From an uncultured Methanomassiliicoccales archaeon (GTDB taxonomy: Archaea; Thermoplasmatota; Thermoplasmata; Methanomassiliicoccales; UBA472), in contig OY968769.1 of the NCBI GenBank assembly GCA_963695345.1, forward strand, positions 1,792,001-1,856,000: DNA of 64,000 bases. Reading direction: 5' to 3'. The number at the start of each line of letters is the position of its first letter. The stretch's first letter is position 1. This document shows positions 22,466 to 34,540 of the stretch, piece by piece. The notes under the pieces were generated by a model. That model did no database searches, was not told the origin of the DNA, and saw nothing but the letters and a program-made list of their open reading frames with translations. A program made the position numbers and the translations under genes.

Positions 22466-22684
22466 ATGTGCCTAGCGGTCCCAGGTAAGATTATGAGCAT
22501 CGAGGGTAAGGACGCCGATGTCGATTTCGGGGGTGTCACGAGAAAAGTGAACGTATCCCTGGTGAAGGCAGATGTGGGTGAGTATGTTATCATCCATGCT
22601 GGATTCGCGATCCAAGTGGTCGATCGAGAAGAGGCGGAAGAGACCATCAAGATATGGGAAGAGATGTTGGCCGCCCAATCTTGA
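22466..22684 (+). CDS. hypC: Hydrogenase maturation chaperone HypC
   Basis: MCLAVPGK, VDFGG, HAGFAI. Confidence 0.96.
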   Translation: MCLAVPGKIMSIEGKDADVDFGGVTRKVNVSLVKADVGEYVIIHAGFAIQVVDREEAEETIKIWEEMLAAQS

Positions 22685-22906
22685 GGGCGTAACGATCCCT
22701 TCTAGTACGCCCGGACAGCGATATAGTATATTTTTTCTGATGCTTTCGCCACGAAACCTTTATGGTTGATTGGCGGCAATTACAATCTCCAAGGTTGTCA
22801 AGGGCGTGCTCGCAAGCTTAAAGTTTGATCGATTCAAGTGCAATTGCCAGTTACAACGCTCTGTCCTGACCGGCAAGGGGTAACCCAATCAAAGGAGACA
22901 ATAAAA

Positions 22907-23617
22907 ATGAGGTCAGTCTACGATGTGAAATCGAGCGAATCCGGTTGCGGTCTAGGCGTTGACCCCATATGTCGGGGTCCGAAGGTCTGCAATTTCAATT
23001 GCAGCTATTGCCGACTGGGAAGGGGTGGAATGATGGTCACGCAACGTAGCAAGTTCGTGGCCGAACAGGACCTGGCCAATGATTTCATGGAACACATCAA
23101 TGTCTCCGATGTCGACCACATCACATTCCGTGGGACGGGAGAGCCTCTTCTGGCCGAGAACCTGGGTGAAATCGTAGGAGCGCTGCGTAAGCTCACCGAC
23201 AAGAAGATGTCAGTGATAACCAACTGCAGCCTTCTGAACGAGGACGACGCTCTCGCCGAGATACTCAAGTTCGACATCATCATCGCGAAGATCGATGCCG
23301 CCACCGAGGCCACCTTCCAGAAAGTGAACCGGCCTTGCGGCGTCATTCATATCAACGACGTGGTTTCTGGAGCCAGAAGGGTCAGGGACACGTTCAAGGG
23401 AGATTTCCGCGTGAAGACCACGCTGATCGGTCACAATATTGGTGAGATCAACGAGATTGCCGAGACGATAAGCAACCTTGACCCCAAGATCGTCTATATC
23501 GACAGGCCCACAATGCCCAACACCGGCAGGCAACTGACCAAGAAGGACCTCGAAGCCATCGAGAGGGCTTTCCGCGGAATGGATGCGGTATTCGAGGAAC
23601 CTGGGTTGACCCACTAA
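22907..23617 (+). CDS. Radical SAM protein of unknown function
   Basis: CNFNCSYC, GTGEPLL, ITN; AGGAG RBS. Confidence 0.88.
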   Translation: MRSVYDVKSSESGCGLGVDPICRGPKVCNFNCSYCRLGRGGMMVTQRSKFVAEQDLANDFMEHINVSDVDHITFRGTGEPLLAENLGEIVGALRKLTDKKMSVITNCSLLNEDDALAEILKFDIIIAKIDAATEATFQKVNRPCGVIHINDVVSGARRVRDTFKGDFRVKTTLIGHNIGEINEIAETISNLDPKIVYIDRPTMPNTGRQLTKKDLEAIERAFRGMDAVFEEPGLTH

Positions 23618-23697
23618 GGTCCTTCTCGCATCCAGTTTCTTACATCCAACGCAATCGAAAAAGGGTGACGGTTAAAAGGTTTGAAAGTTGGGGCCGA

Positions 23698-24642
23698 TCA
23701 CATCTGGCTGAGCTTGATCAGCTCTCCCCATTTCTTATCGACATTGGCCTGGATCTCATCGATCACCGGTGACCATTTGTCCTTCAGGAGGTGGCCGAAA
23801 CGTCCCTGGGATTTGATCCATTCCATGACCGGGCGCTTCTCCTTCTTCCCTTCGGCGATCCTCTTGCTCTCTCCGGTCAGGCTCCAATTCCCCTTTTCGA
23901 ACTCGTAGAGGGGCCATATGCAGGTCTCTACCGCCAGCCTGGAGATCTCAACGGTCAATGCCGGGTCGAACCTCCAGCCGCGAGGACATGGGGTGATCAC
24001 GTTCATGAACGCCGGACCTCCGCATTCCAGTCCCTTCTTTGCCTTTTCCATCAGGTCCTTCCAGTTGTGGGGGGATGCCTGGGCGGCGTAGGGGAGGTCA
24101 TGGGCGATGATGATCCGCGTGAGGTCCTTGGGGAACTCTTTCTTTCCCGGGATGCAGGACCCTGCCGGGCAGGTGGTCGTCTGGGCTCCCCTTCCGGTCG
24201 CCCCGGACCTCTGGATGCCCGTGTTCATGTAGGCCTCGTTGTTCAGGCAGACATAGAGGAAACGGTGTCCCCTCTCGATCGCACCCGATAGTGCCTGGAA
24301 TCCGATATCGTAGGTGGCGCCATCCCCGCCGAAGGCCAGGAAGTTTATTTCCTCGGTTATCTTGCCCTTCCTCTTCAACGCCAGATATGTGGCTTCGACG
24401 CCGCCGATCGATGCCGGGGCGTTCTCGAAGGCACTGTGTATCCATGGCACGTTCCATGAGGTATACGGATAGATCGTGGTCGAGACCTCGAAGCAACCGG
24501 TGGCGTTGGACACGATGACCGGTTTCTTGCTGGCCATCAGTATTTGCCGGGCAACTATGGATTCGGAGCATCCGGCGCAGAGACGGTGACCCTCGGTCAG
24601 GCGCTCTTCGGAATGCGATAGCTCTTTCAGCGTGAAGCTCAC
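23698..24642 (-). CDS. porB: Pyruvate:ferredoxin oxidoreductase beta subunit
   Basis: GHRLCAGC, ATGC, GGDGAT, NEAYMNTGIQRS, PCPRGW. Confidence 0.93.
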   Translation of the reverse strand: MSFTLKELSHSEERLTEGHRLCAGCSESIVARQILMASKKPVIVSNATGCFEVSTTIYPYTSWNVPWIHSAFENAPASIGGVEATYLALKRKGKITEEINFLAFGGDGATYDIGFQALSGAIERGHRFLYVCLNNEAYMNTGIQRSGATGRGAQTTTCPAGSCIPGKKEFPKDLTRIIIAHDLPYAAQASPHNWKDLMEKAKKGLECGGPAFMNVITPCPRGWRFDPALTVEISRLAVETCIWPLYEFEKGNWSLTGESKRIAEGKKEKRPVMEWIKSQGRFGHLLKDKWSPVIDEIQANVDKKWGELIKLSQM

Positions 24643-25799
24643 GGACGCACCCCCAGGTAGTTGATCATGTCATGGTCTTTCGTCATCAGCTGCTTGTACA
24701 CTCCCTTCAGCTCATCGATCTTGACGTCCCTTCCTCCCAGGCCATAGACATAGTTCGCTATGTCTGGACGGTCCACGGAATCGTACAGTGCGGTGCGCAC
24801 CTCCGGGAACATCGGCCCTGAGGACCCAGTGCTTATCGCGCGGTCCATAACGGCCACTCCCTTCTTGCCTTCCAGCATTTCCTTGACCTCATCGAACGGG
24901 AAGGGCCTGAACAGGCGCAGCTTGATCGAGCCGACCTTCTTGCCCTCATGCCTCAGCTCGTCGACCACATGGCGTAGAGTACCTGCGGTTGACCCCAATG
25001 CCATTATGACGTAGTCAGCATCCTCGGTCATGTATCCCTCAATGATGCTGTGCTCTCGGCCGGAGATCTTGGCGTAGTCCTTCTGGACCTGCTTGACCAC
25101 CGGTTTGGCGCGCTTCATGGCCTCCATGACCTGAAATTTGTGCTCGAAATAATAGTCCGTCTGCGAGAACGGCCCGTAGGTAGTTGGGTTCTTCAGGTCC
25201 AGAAGCGGCCTGATCGCCTCATACGGTCCGACGAAGTCCTTGACGACCTTGGTGTCGAGCGTTTCCAGGCGCTCCAGCGCGTGGGTGACTATGAAACCGT
25301 CGATGCAGGTCATTATGGGCAGGCGAATGCCGGAATGCTCCGCGATCTTGAACGACATTATCGTGTTGTCGTAGGCTTCCTGGACGTTCTCTCCGAATAA
25401 CTGGATCCACCCGGTGTCCCTGGCGCCCATGGCATCACTGTGGTCGCACTGGATATTGATCGGTCCGCTCAGCGCCCGGTTGGCCACCGACATGCAGATG
25501 GGAAGCCTCATCGCGGAGGCGATCCAAAGAACCTCCCACATATAGGCCAGTCCTGCCGATGCGGTCGCCGTCGCCACTCTGCCTCCGGCAGCGGAGGCGC
25601 CAATGCACAATGACATCGCGCTGTGTTCCGACTCGGCGCAGACGTATTCGGTGTTAACCTCTCCGTTGGCTACGAACTCGGCGAAGTTCTCCACTATGAT
25701 GGTTTGCGGAGTGATCGGATAGGACGCGACGACGTCCGGGTCGATCTGTCTCCAAGCATGTGCTATGGCCATGTCCCCGTTCAACGCAATCGGTTCCAT
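24639..25799 (-). CDS. porA: Pyruvate:ferredoxin oxidoreductase alpha subunit
   Basis: YPITPQT, ESEHSA, NRALSGP, LFRPFP, GLGGRD. Confidence 0.93.
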   Translation of the reverse strand: MEPIALNGDMAIAHAWRQIDPDVVASYPITPQTIIVENFAEFVANGEVNTEYVCAESEHSAMSLCIGASAAGGRVATATASAGLAYMWEVLWIASAMRLPICMSVANRALSGPINIQCDHSDAMGARDTGWIQLFGENVQEAYDNTIMSFKIAEHSGIRLPIMTCIDGFIVTHALERLETLDTKVVKDFVGPYEAIRPLLDLKNPTTYGPFSQTDYYFEHKFQVMEAMKRAKPVVKQVQKDYAKISGREHSIIEGYMTEDADYVIMALGSTAGTLRHVVDELRHEGKKVGSIKLRLFRPFPFDEVKEMLEGKKGVAVMDRAISTGSSGPMFPEVRTALYDSVDRPDIANYVYGLGGRDVKIDELKGVYKQLMTKDHDMINYLGVRP

Positions 25800-26080
25800 T
25801 ACGCTCCCTCCTCCTTCATGGTGATGGCTTTGACCGGACACTGGTTGGCGCAGATGCCGCAGCCTTTGCAGTGTGAGTACTTGAAGCCCTTCATCTGCTC
25901 GTCCTCGACGATGACACTGTTGTCCGGGCAGTAGATCCAGCAGAAAAGGCAGTTGGTGCATTTCGCCTTGTCTACCTCCGGTCTCTTCGACCTCCAGTCA
26001 CCCGTCTTATACTCTCTGGCGTTGCCTGCCTCGCATATCATCGCGCCAGGTTCCAGTTCCTTTGAGCTCTTCTCCGCCAT
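25799..26080 (-). CDS. porD: Pyruvate:ferredoxin oxidoreductase delta subunit
   Basis: TGDWRS, CTNCLFCWIYCP, CKGCGICANQCP. Confidence 0.93.
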   Translation of the reverse strand: MAEKSSKELEPGAMICEAGNAREYKTGDWRSKRPEVDKAKCTNCLFCWIYCPDNSVIVEDEQMKGFKYSHCKGCGICANQCPVKAITMKEEGA

Positions 26081-26081
26081 T

Positions 26082-26643
26082 TCAGTCCACCTCCTCGAAT
26101 GCCCTTTCGACGGCCTTGACGTTCTTCGCGATGACCTCTTCCTTGAACTTGCCAGTGAATTTCGCCCTAAGCTCTTCCGTGACAGTCTTCAGGCTTACTA
26201 CATTCGAGACCTTGACCAGCGCACCCAACATGGCGGTGTTGGTCATCGGCCTCCCGAGCTCATCCAGCGCTATCTTGGTGGCGTTGACCGCATGGATGTC
26301 CGCTTCGCTGCCTATCTTCATCTTGAGCTTGTCCTTTCCGTCTGGATAGTTCGCTATGACAGATCCCGTTCTGCTTGAGCCCATCCAGCACGTTGACGAC
26401 GCCGATCAGCGTGGGGTCGATCACGACCACCACATCGGGATAGTAAACCTGACTATGAACAACGATCGGCTCTTCCGATATGCGGGCGAACGCCCTGATG
26501 GGTGCCCCCATCCTTTCCGGACCGAACTCCGGGAACGCTTTGATATACTTGCCCTCCTTCAGTGCGGCTCCAGCCAAGATCTCGTTTGCTGTAACGACAC
26601 CTTGTCCGCCCCTGCCGTGCCATCGTATCTCAATGGTTTTCAC
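26082..26643 (-). CDS. porG: Pyruvate:ferredoxin oxidoreductase gamma subunit (frameshift near 26375)
   Basis: [27 protein letters not shown]. Confidence 0.92.
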
Positions 26644-27141
26644 TTCAACGCCCTCGCAGGATACTGAAAAATAACATGATATTTAATCATTTCACTTATT
26701 CAATTACGAAAGACAATAAATTCATTGCGAATAATGGTATAAATGCTCATTGTTGACCTAACAATTTCGAAAATAGCTCTGAATAGCGAAGTCACCCTTC
26801 GATTATCGAATATGAAATTATGGAATAATGTCACATGGCATGCAATGGCATAGCTTGGCCCATCTTGAATCTCGGGCGGAATCAGAAGAACCGCCTAGTC
26901 CTCCTCGGCGTTGAATTAATATTTCAACCTAACAATTCTTAGTGCAGAAGGTCGTTCCTGTCTCGATCGGCAGTTCGTCCAGCGTTGGTTCGGAGTTCCT
27001 ACCGAACCACGATTGTTTTTCTTACCAAAATAACAATGTTCTCGGAAAACTTAATAGCCATTGCGCTTATTGCGAACTGGCGAGCGGGACGGACATTCGG
27101 TCCCATGAGTCCAAATCCGTTCTTGAAAGGGGGACGAAACA

Positions 27142-29471
<2,330 letters not shown>

Positions 29472-29528
29472 GCGCTCCCCGATAAAACCCCTTCCTCAAT
29501 GTTTTAAGAAGAATAGTCTGCCAATGTT

Positions 29529-30335
29529 CTAGACATTGGTCTCGTCCTTCATGAACCTGGTGGTTATCTCGATCAATGGATGGTGTGAGCCATCGATGAT
29601 CTTGACATCGTCGAGGGTATGCAGGTCCCGTTCGTCGGCCGAGCGTTCCAGGCCGAGCTCGACATCGACGCTCGGTTCCAAGACGAAGGCAGTGAACTGC
29701 CTCACGCCCATCTTCTTCGAAGCCAACGCCCGGTGGTGTCCGTCCACCAGGATGTAATGGTCATGTTTCTGGACTACGATGATCGGCTCCACCAGTCCGC
29801 GCTTGATCTCCTCCATCCGCCCGAACAGCTCGTCGGCGTAGACCTCGTGCTGGGTCGGTCTGAGCTCCTCTATTGGGATCAGGCGCCTCTTGACCACGAT
29901 GGTGATATTGTGCTTGGATTCCAGGAAGTTCTTGATCATGTTGACCTTGTTCGGTGTCGCCCTTTCGATGTGCGAACGAACAATGTCAAGGTTCGAGATG
30001 ATTCCGATAAGAACGCCTTTCTCGTCGACCACCGGAACGTTCCTCAACCCATGCCGGAACAGGACACGCGCGGCGTCGTCCAGGTCCATCTGGGGGTTAA
30101 CGCTGACGGTGCCCTTCTTGATGATGTTGCGAACGAGCTCCTTCGGGCGGTTCGCGTTCCGGAGCAGTTCCTTGGCGGTAATGAACCCGATGAGGCGGCC
30201 ATTCTCGGTGACCGGCAGCCCGTGGAACTCGGTGGAGATGAGCTTAGCGGTCGTCTGGGCGACCGTATAACCACCAGGGATCTCGATGACGTCCCTGACC
30301 ATATAGTCCTCTACTCTGAGTTTTCGTTCTGCCAT
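29529..30335 (-). CDS. CBS-pair plus ParB/Srx-like domain protein
   Basis: Two CBS repeats followed by LRPTQ...EPIIV...LVDGHHR. Confidence 0.88.
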   Translation of the reverse strand: MAERKLRVEDYMVRDVIEIPGGYTVAQTTAKLISTEFHGLPVTENGRLIGFITAKELLRNANRPKELVRNIIKKGTVSVNPQMDLDDAARVLFRHGLRNVPVVDEKGVLIGIISNLDIVRSHIERATPNKVNMIKNFLESKHNITIVVKRRLIPIEELRPTQHEVYADELFGRMEEIKRGLVEPIIVVQKHDHYILVDGHHRALASKKMGVRQFTAFVLEPSVDVELGLERSADERDLHTLDDVKIIDGSHHPLIEITTRFMKDETNV

Positions 30336-30498
30336 GACATTACCATCCTTCTGCCTCAAGCAGTGCCTGCAAAGAATGATGGGTACAATAATAATCTTTT
30401 CCGGACCGGCATCAAATATTTGCCACTTTTGTCCATTCATCTAGACTGAGTCACCTCAAGCCATATATATGACTTATTTATTGTGGAGACCAGCATAA

Positions 30499-30574
30499 GC
30501 CCCGGTAGTGTAGCGGCCTATCATCCTAGCCTGTCGAGCTAGGGACTCGGGTCCGAATCCCGACCGGGGCGCCA
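30499..30574 (+). tRNA. tRNA-Asp (GTC)
   Basis: GCCCCGG...CCGGGGCGCCA cloverleaf, anticodon loop CTGTCGA, TATA-like sequence upstream. Confidence 0.95.
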
Positions 30575-30619
30575 TGCTCAATTTTATCGCCCTCATTCCT
30601 CTCAAACGGATTTTCCTGG

Positions 30620-30650
30620 AATTGGTATCAATTTCTATAATACCGTATTA
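30620..30650. promoter_or_regulatory. Two short palindromes in the promoter region of the CARF-HTH pair
   Basis: AATTG-GTAT-CAATT (30620-30633) and TAATAC-C-GTATTA (30638-30650). Confidence 0.35.
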
Positions 30651-30695
30651 ACCAACAAATAAACGAGGCCGTGATATTGTCTCGGTTCGATTGAT

Positions 30696-31334
30696 ATGGT
30701 CGTAATTCTAGGCACGCTCGGTCATCACCCGGAGACATTGATGCCCACGATCCGGTCCACGAGGTGCACCGAGGAGGTTGTGGTGTTCCACAGCGATCAT
30801 GAGGACTCCTTGAAAGCGGTGGATGAGATCAGGCGCACCTGCCAGATGATGGAGGTCGCCTTCTCCCCTCGTCTGATACCGGACGCCTTCGACCTGGTCT
30901 CGACGGCCATGGAGATACAGAGGGCGATTGAGGAGCTGCGGACGGCCAACAAGCAGATCGCCGTGTTCAATATCGCTGGCGGCACCAGGATCATGAGCGC
31001 CTCAGCCCTTCTGGTCTGCACCCTGGAGGGATTGAACGCGGTCTATGTCCATGATGATAGCCACAGGGAGATACCGCTGCCACTTCTTCAGATCAAATAT
31101 TCAAATATCCTCACCGACCAGGAAAAGGTGATCCTCCGTTTCCTGCTGGAAAGGAAAGGGAAGGAGGTGACCCAGCGGGACCTGGCGAGCGCGCTGCACT
31201 TGCACAAGGCCACCGTCAACCACCACGTCCAACAGCTTATCGAGAAGGGGGCGGTGCACCTGGAGGAAAAGGCTGGGGACAAGAGGGTCAAGCTCATCAG
31301 GATCGAGGACAGCATGGCGTTGCTGCTCAGGTGA
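30696..31334 (+). CDS. CARF (Csa3-like) domain plus MarR-type wHTH regulator
   Basis: GTLGHHP and FNIAGGTR CARF motifs; TQRDLASALHLHKATVNHHVQQL helix-turn-helix. Confidence 0.8.
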   Translation: MVVILGTLGHHPETLMPTIRSTRCTEEVVVFHSDHEDSLKAVDEIRRTCQMMEVAFSPRLIPDAFDLVSTAMEIQRAIEELRTANKQIAVFNIAGGTRIMSASALLVCTLEGLNAVYVHDDSHREIPLPLLQIKYSNILTDQEKVILRFLLERKGKEVTQRDLASALHLHKATVNHHVQQLIEKGAVHLEEKAGDKRVKLIRIEDSMALLLR

Positions 31335-31338
31335 GCAA

Positions 31339-31962
31339 ATGAGAACACTGGTCTGTACCTATGGCTATCGTCAGGACAAGATAGTCAAGGCGATGAGGAC
31401 CATAGACCACAACGAGCTGGTGCTGGTGACCGGGGAGAAGAACACTGCCCGACCAGAATACTCGAAGATATTGGAGCTTGCCCGGAGCTTAGGCACTCCT
31501 GTGGAGACGGTGGTAGTGGACATTTTCGATTTCATCTCGTGTTTCTCCAGCATCGACGAGATCGTGCGCCAGAGGCAGGATGCCAATCACACGGTCGCGA
31601 TCAACATCAGCGGTGGGCTTTCCCTGCTCTCCGACGCCGCGATGATGGCGGCGCTCAATAATGGTTGCGAATCATACTATGTCGACGATGTGGTCAAGAG
31701 GATGCCGACAACGCTCCCAATATTGAAGGTGAATATTGGCGAAAGGCTTACCTCGATGCAGAAGGAGACCTTGCTGGACCTTAAGGAGGGTTCTCCGGTG
31801 GTCGTCTCAAGTACAATTGGGGATGCGCCTGAACCGCGTTTGCGGGCCTTGCGCGAGCTCAAAGAAATGGGGATGATATCCGTGGACCTGACAGGCGGAC
31901 AGGCGAGGATGTCCCTCACCCCGAACGGCCTTAGCATACGAGATTGGCTCCGGCGTCGTTGA
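31339..31962 (+). CDS. Divergent CARF domain plus wHTH protein
   Basis: CTYGY, INISGG, C-terminal LRELKEMGMI...LTPNG winged helix. Confidence 0.7.
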   Translation: MRTLVCTYGYRQDKIVKAMRTIDHNELVLVTGEKNTARPEYSKILELARSLGTPVETVVVDIFDFISCFSSIDEIVRQRQDANHTVAINISGGLSLLSDAAMMAALNNGCESYYVDDVVKRMPTTLPILKVNIGERLTSMQKETLLDLKEGSPVVVSSTIGDAPEPRLRALRELKEMGMISVDLTGGQARMSLTPNGLSIRDWLRRR

Positions 31963-33051
31963 TCAAGGGGACCCGCGCATCATGGGCAGGACGTTGTCCA
32001 TGACGTTGCGCACCGCGGCGTCCGCCTCCCTGACTCCGATCTCGGTGCGGTGGTAGATGCATGGGTCTTGCAGGTGGTGGAGCCCTTCGGGGTCGTCGGG
32101 ATAGGATCCGGAGACCACACACGTCGCAATCGCCCAGCTTCGTCTGGTCGCGCTCAGGTTGTAGCCTCCTCCGCCGACCACCACGTATCGTCCCCCGCAT
32201 AGATGGTGCGCCAGGTGATGGGTGGTTTCGGCAATACGCTCGAAAGCCTTGGTGGTCAGACCGAGACGGACCATGTCGTCGTCCCGGTGAGCATCGGTTC
32301 CGAACAGGTGAAGGATGAAATCCGGCTTGTATTCCCTCAGGGCCTCGGTGATTACCTTCCGGAAAGCCGGGACGTAAACCTCATCCTGGGTGCCGCATGG
32401 CAAAGGGACGTTGATGCAATAGCCACATCCTTCCCCCTTACCTATTTCCTTGACCGATCCGGTGGAAGGGAAGAACCCGTTCCCGAAGCGGTGGAATGAG
32501 ATGGTGAGGACCTTTTCCTCATAGAAGATCGATTGGGTCCCGTCTCCGTGATGCCCGTCCGTGTCCACCACTGCGATCCTTTTGAAGCCGTAATCCTGCT
32601 GCAGCATCCTGACAGCGATCGCCACATCATTGAAGATGGAGAACCCGGCAGCGCCATCCGGCCGTGCGTGATGGAACCCTCCGGAAGGGTTCATGGCGTG
32701 CTCATAGCGTCCTTCTGCAACCGCTCTGCACGCATCAAGCGTTCCACCGACGCAGGACAGCGCTCCCTCGAACAATGTTGGAGTGGCTGGAGTATCGCCG
32801 TCATCCAGGTAGCCATGGCCTCGGGCGCATTCCGCTTTGACCCTATCGATATACTCCGGACTGTGGACGCGCTCTATCTGGTAGATGTCCGCAAGCTTCG
32901 GTTCGACCATGACCAGGTTCTCACCGAAAACGCCCATATCCTGCAACGTTTCTTTGATCAGGCGGTACCTGATCGGTTGCGAGGGATGATCTGGTCCGAA
33001 CTGATAGTTGAGCATGCCGTCGCTGTAGTAAAAGGCAGTCGGATTGGGCAT
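31963..33051 (-). CDS. Histone deacetylase/AcuC family protein
   Basis: HP...R, GGFHHA, GFSIFND, DTDGHHGDG, GGGGY. Confidence 0.92.
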   Translation of the reverse strand: MPNPTAFYYSDGMLNYQFGPDHPSQPIRYRLIKETLQDMGVFGENLVMVEPKLADIYQIERVHSPEYIDRVKAECARGHGYLDDGDTPATPTLFEGALSCVGGTLDACRAVAEGRYEHAMNPSGGFHHARPDGAAGFSIFNDVAIAVRMLQQDYGFKRIAVVDTDGHHGDGTQSIFYEEKVLTISFHRFGNGFFPSTGSVKEIGKGEGCGYCINVPLPCGTQDEVYVPAFRKVITEALREYKPDFILHLFGTDAHRDDDMVRLGLTTKAFERIAETTHHLAHHLCGGRYVVVGGGGYNLSATRRSWAIATCVVSGSYPDDPEGLHHLQDPCIYHRTEIGVREADAAVRNVMDNVLPMMRGSP

Positions 33052-33263
33052 CTTCGGACCTCAGGGGTCATCTACTCTTCTTAATCAATAAATTTTGCTT
33101 CGATACAACGTTATGAAGGCAATGATGGCGACCTGTAATCGAAAGGAAAGTACCTAAAAGCCGCGAACGGTCTAAGGTTGTCAAAAACACAATCTAGGTG
33201 TGCAGTTCCTCCAGTGGGAAGTCCCAGGGAAAGATTCTTGAGGGAGGTCTGATTGCTACATTC

Positions 33264-33605
33264 ATGCGTTGCCTACTGCGGGGGAAGATCCACCGCGCTA
33301 CAGTCACCGAGACGAACACCGAGTATATCGGTAGCATCGTCATCGATCAGGACCTGCTACGGGCGGCTGACATATGGCCAGGGGAGAGACTGCTTATCTC
33401 CGATATCAATAATGCAGCCCGTTTTGAGACCTACGCGGTAGAGGGTAAGGCAGGGTCCGGGCAGATAATGGTCAATGGCGCGGCGGCCAAGTTGGTCAAC
33501 AAGGGCGACAAGATCATCATCATGGCGTTCGAGTACACCGATGTACCGGTGGAACCAAAGACCATTCTGGTCGATGAGAAGAACCGCTATGTCAAGCGGC
33601 TCTAG
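33264..33605 (+). CDS. panD: Pyruvoyl-dependent aspartate 1-decarboxylase
   Basis: KIHRATVT, YIG/SIVID self-cleavage site, RFETY, NGAAA. Confidence 0.94.
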   Translation: MRCLLRGKIHRATVTETNTEYIGSIVIDQDLLRAADIWPGERLLISDINNAARFETYAVEGKAGSGQIMVNGAAAKLVNKGDKIIIMAFEYTDVPVEPKTILVDEKNRYVKRL

Positions 33606-33641
33606 GCAATATTTTCTATTCGTTCCTGCCTTGCGCATCCG

Positions 33642-34058
33642 ATGAGATTAAGATTGTACACCGATGGCGGGTCTAGGGGAAACCCCGGTCCTTCGGCTTA
33701 CGCATTCATCCTAATGTCCGAGGACGGCAAGACGATCCAAGAGGGCTCCCACTTCCTCGGCAAGGCCACCAACAACGAGGCGGAATATAGCGGTCTGCTC
33801 GCTGGACTGGCCGCGGCCCGGGAGAAGGGCGCCGATGAGATCGAGGTGACCATGGACAGTGAACTGGTGGTCAGGCAGATGCAGGGCATCTATGCGGTCA
33901 AGTCCCCCAACCTCATGCCTCTCTACAAAGAGGCCAGGTTGAGATTCTCAAGTTTCAATAAACCCGTGATCCTTCACGCCCCTAGGGAACACCCCGTCAT
34001 CACGAAGGCAGATGCGCTGCTGAACGGGGAGCTCGATCGGTGTACAAAGCGCAAATGA
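33642..34058 (+). CDS. rnhA: Ribonuclease HI family protein
   Basis: YTDGGSRGNPG, TNNEAEY, DSELVVRQ. Confidence 0.9.
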   Translation: MRLRLYTDGGSRGNPGPSAYAFILMSEDGKTIQEGSHFLGKATNNEAEYSGLLAGLAAAREKGADEIEVTMDSELVVRQMQGIYAVKSPNLMPLYKEARLRFSSFNKPVILHAPREHPVITKADALLNGELDRCTKRK

Positions 34059-34118
34059 ACGCCATTCGCGGCAACAGTTATTTCTAACTGACAAAACCAA
34101 GCTCTATCGGTGATAGAA

Positions 34119-34316
34119 ATGGTTCAGAAAGTGATAGAGATAGTTGGGATATCGAAGAAAGGATTCGATGAGGCTGCCAAGAACGCGATAGAAACTGCTG
34201 CGAAAACCGTGAGGAACATACAATGGGCCCGCGTTTCGGAATTCGAATGTAAGTGCGGGGAAGGAGAGATCGTTGATTTCAGAGCTCTTGTGAGGATATA
34301 CTTCGACGTTGATTGA
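34119..34316 (+). CDS. Dodecin family protein
   Basis: KVIEIVGIS...AAKNAIETAAKTVRNIQWARV. Confidence 0.88.
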   Translation: MVQKVIEIVGISKKGFDEAAKNAIETAAKTVRNIQWARVSEFECKCGEGEIVDFRALVRIYFDVD

Positions 34317-34513
34317 AGGACTTCTATCGTGATCAATTTGATCTTGGCCAACGTAGGTCATGGATCCTAGAAGGAGACCAACTGCTATTGGACTTCAGAT
34401 AGCATGGGCGTTTTTCTTGTTCATGCCATGCAATCACCATTCGGTTCGCTGGATCAACGAAATTTGAACGAATAGAAGAATAACCGGGAATATTTTGTTA
34501 TAGTAATAAAATA

Positions 34514-34521
34514 TTTATATA
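34514..34521 (+). promoter_or_regulatory. TATA box for candidate sRNA copy 1
   Basis: TTTATATA after an A-rich BRE-like run, 20 nt before the stem-opening GGCG; no + strand CDS follows. Confidence 0.6.
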
Positions 34522-34540
34522 AGATGGCGAATCGTCGGTT

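Noticed and set aside
30447-30455. TGAGTCACC partial match to the sRNA core (also CGGTCCCCGG near 9478)
   Set aside because: Only 9-10 nt, with no surrounding stem or loop motif
30575-33051. Integrated element at tRNA-Asp
   Set aside because: No integrase, no duplicated tRNA 3' end and no obvious composition shift
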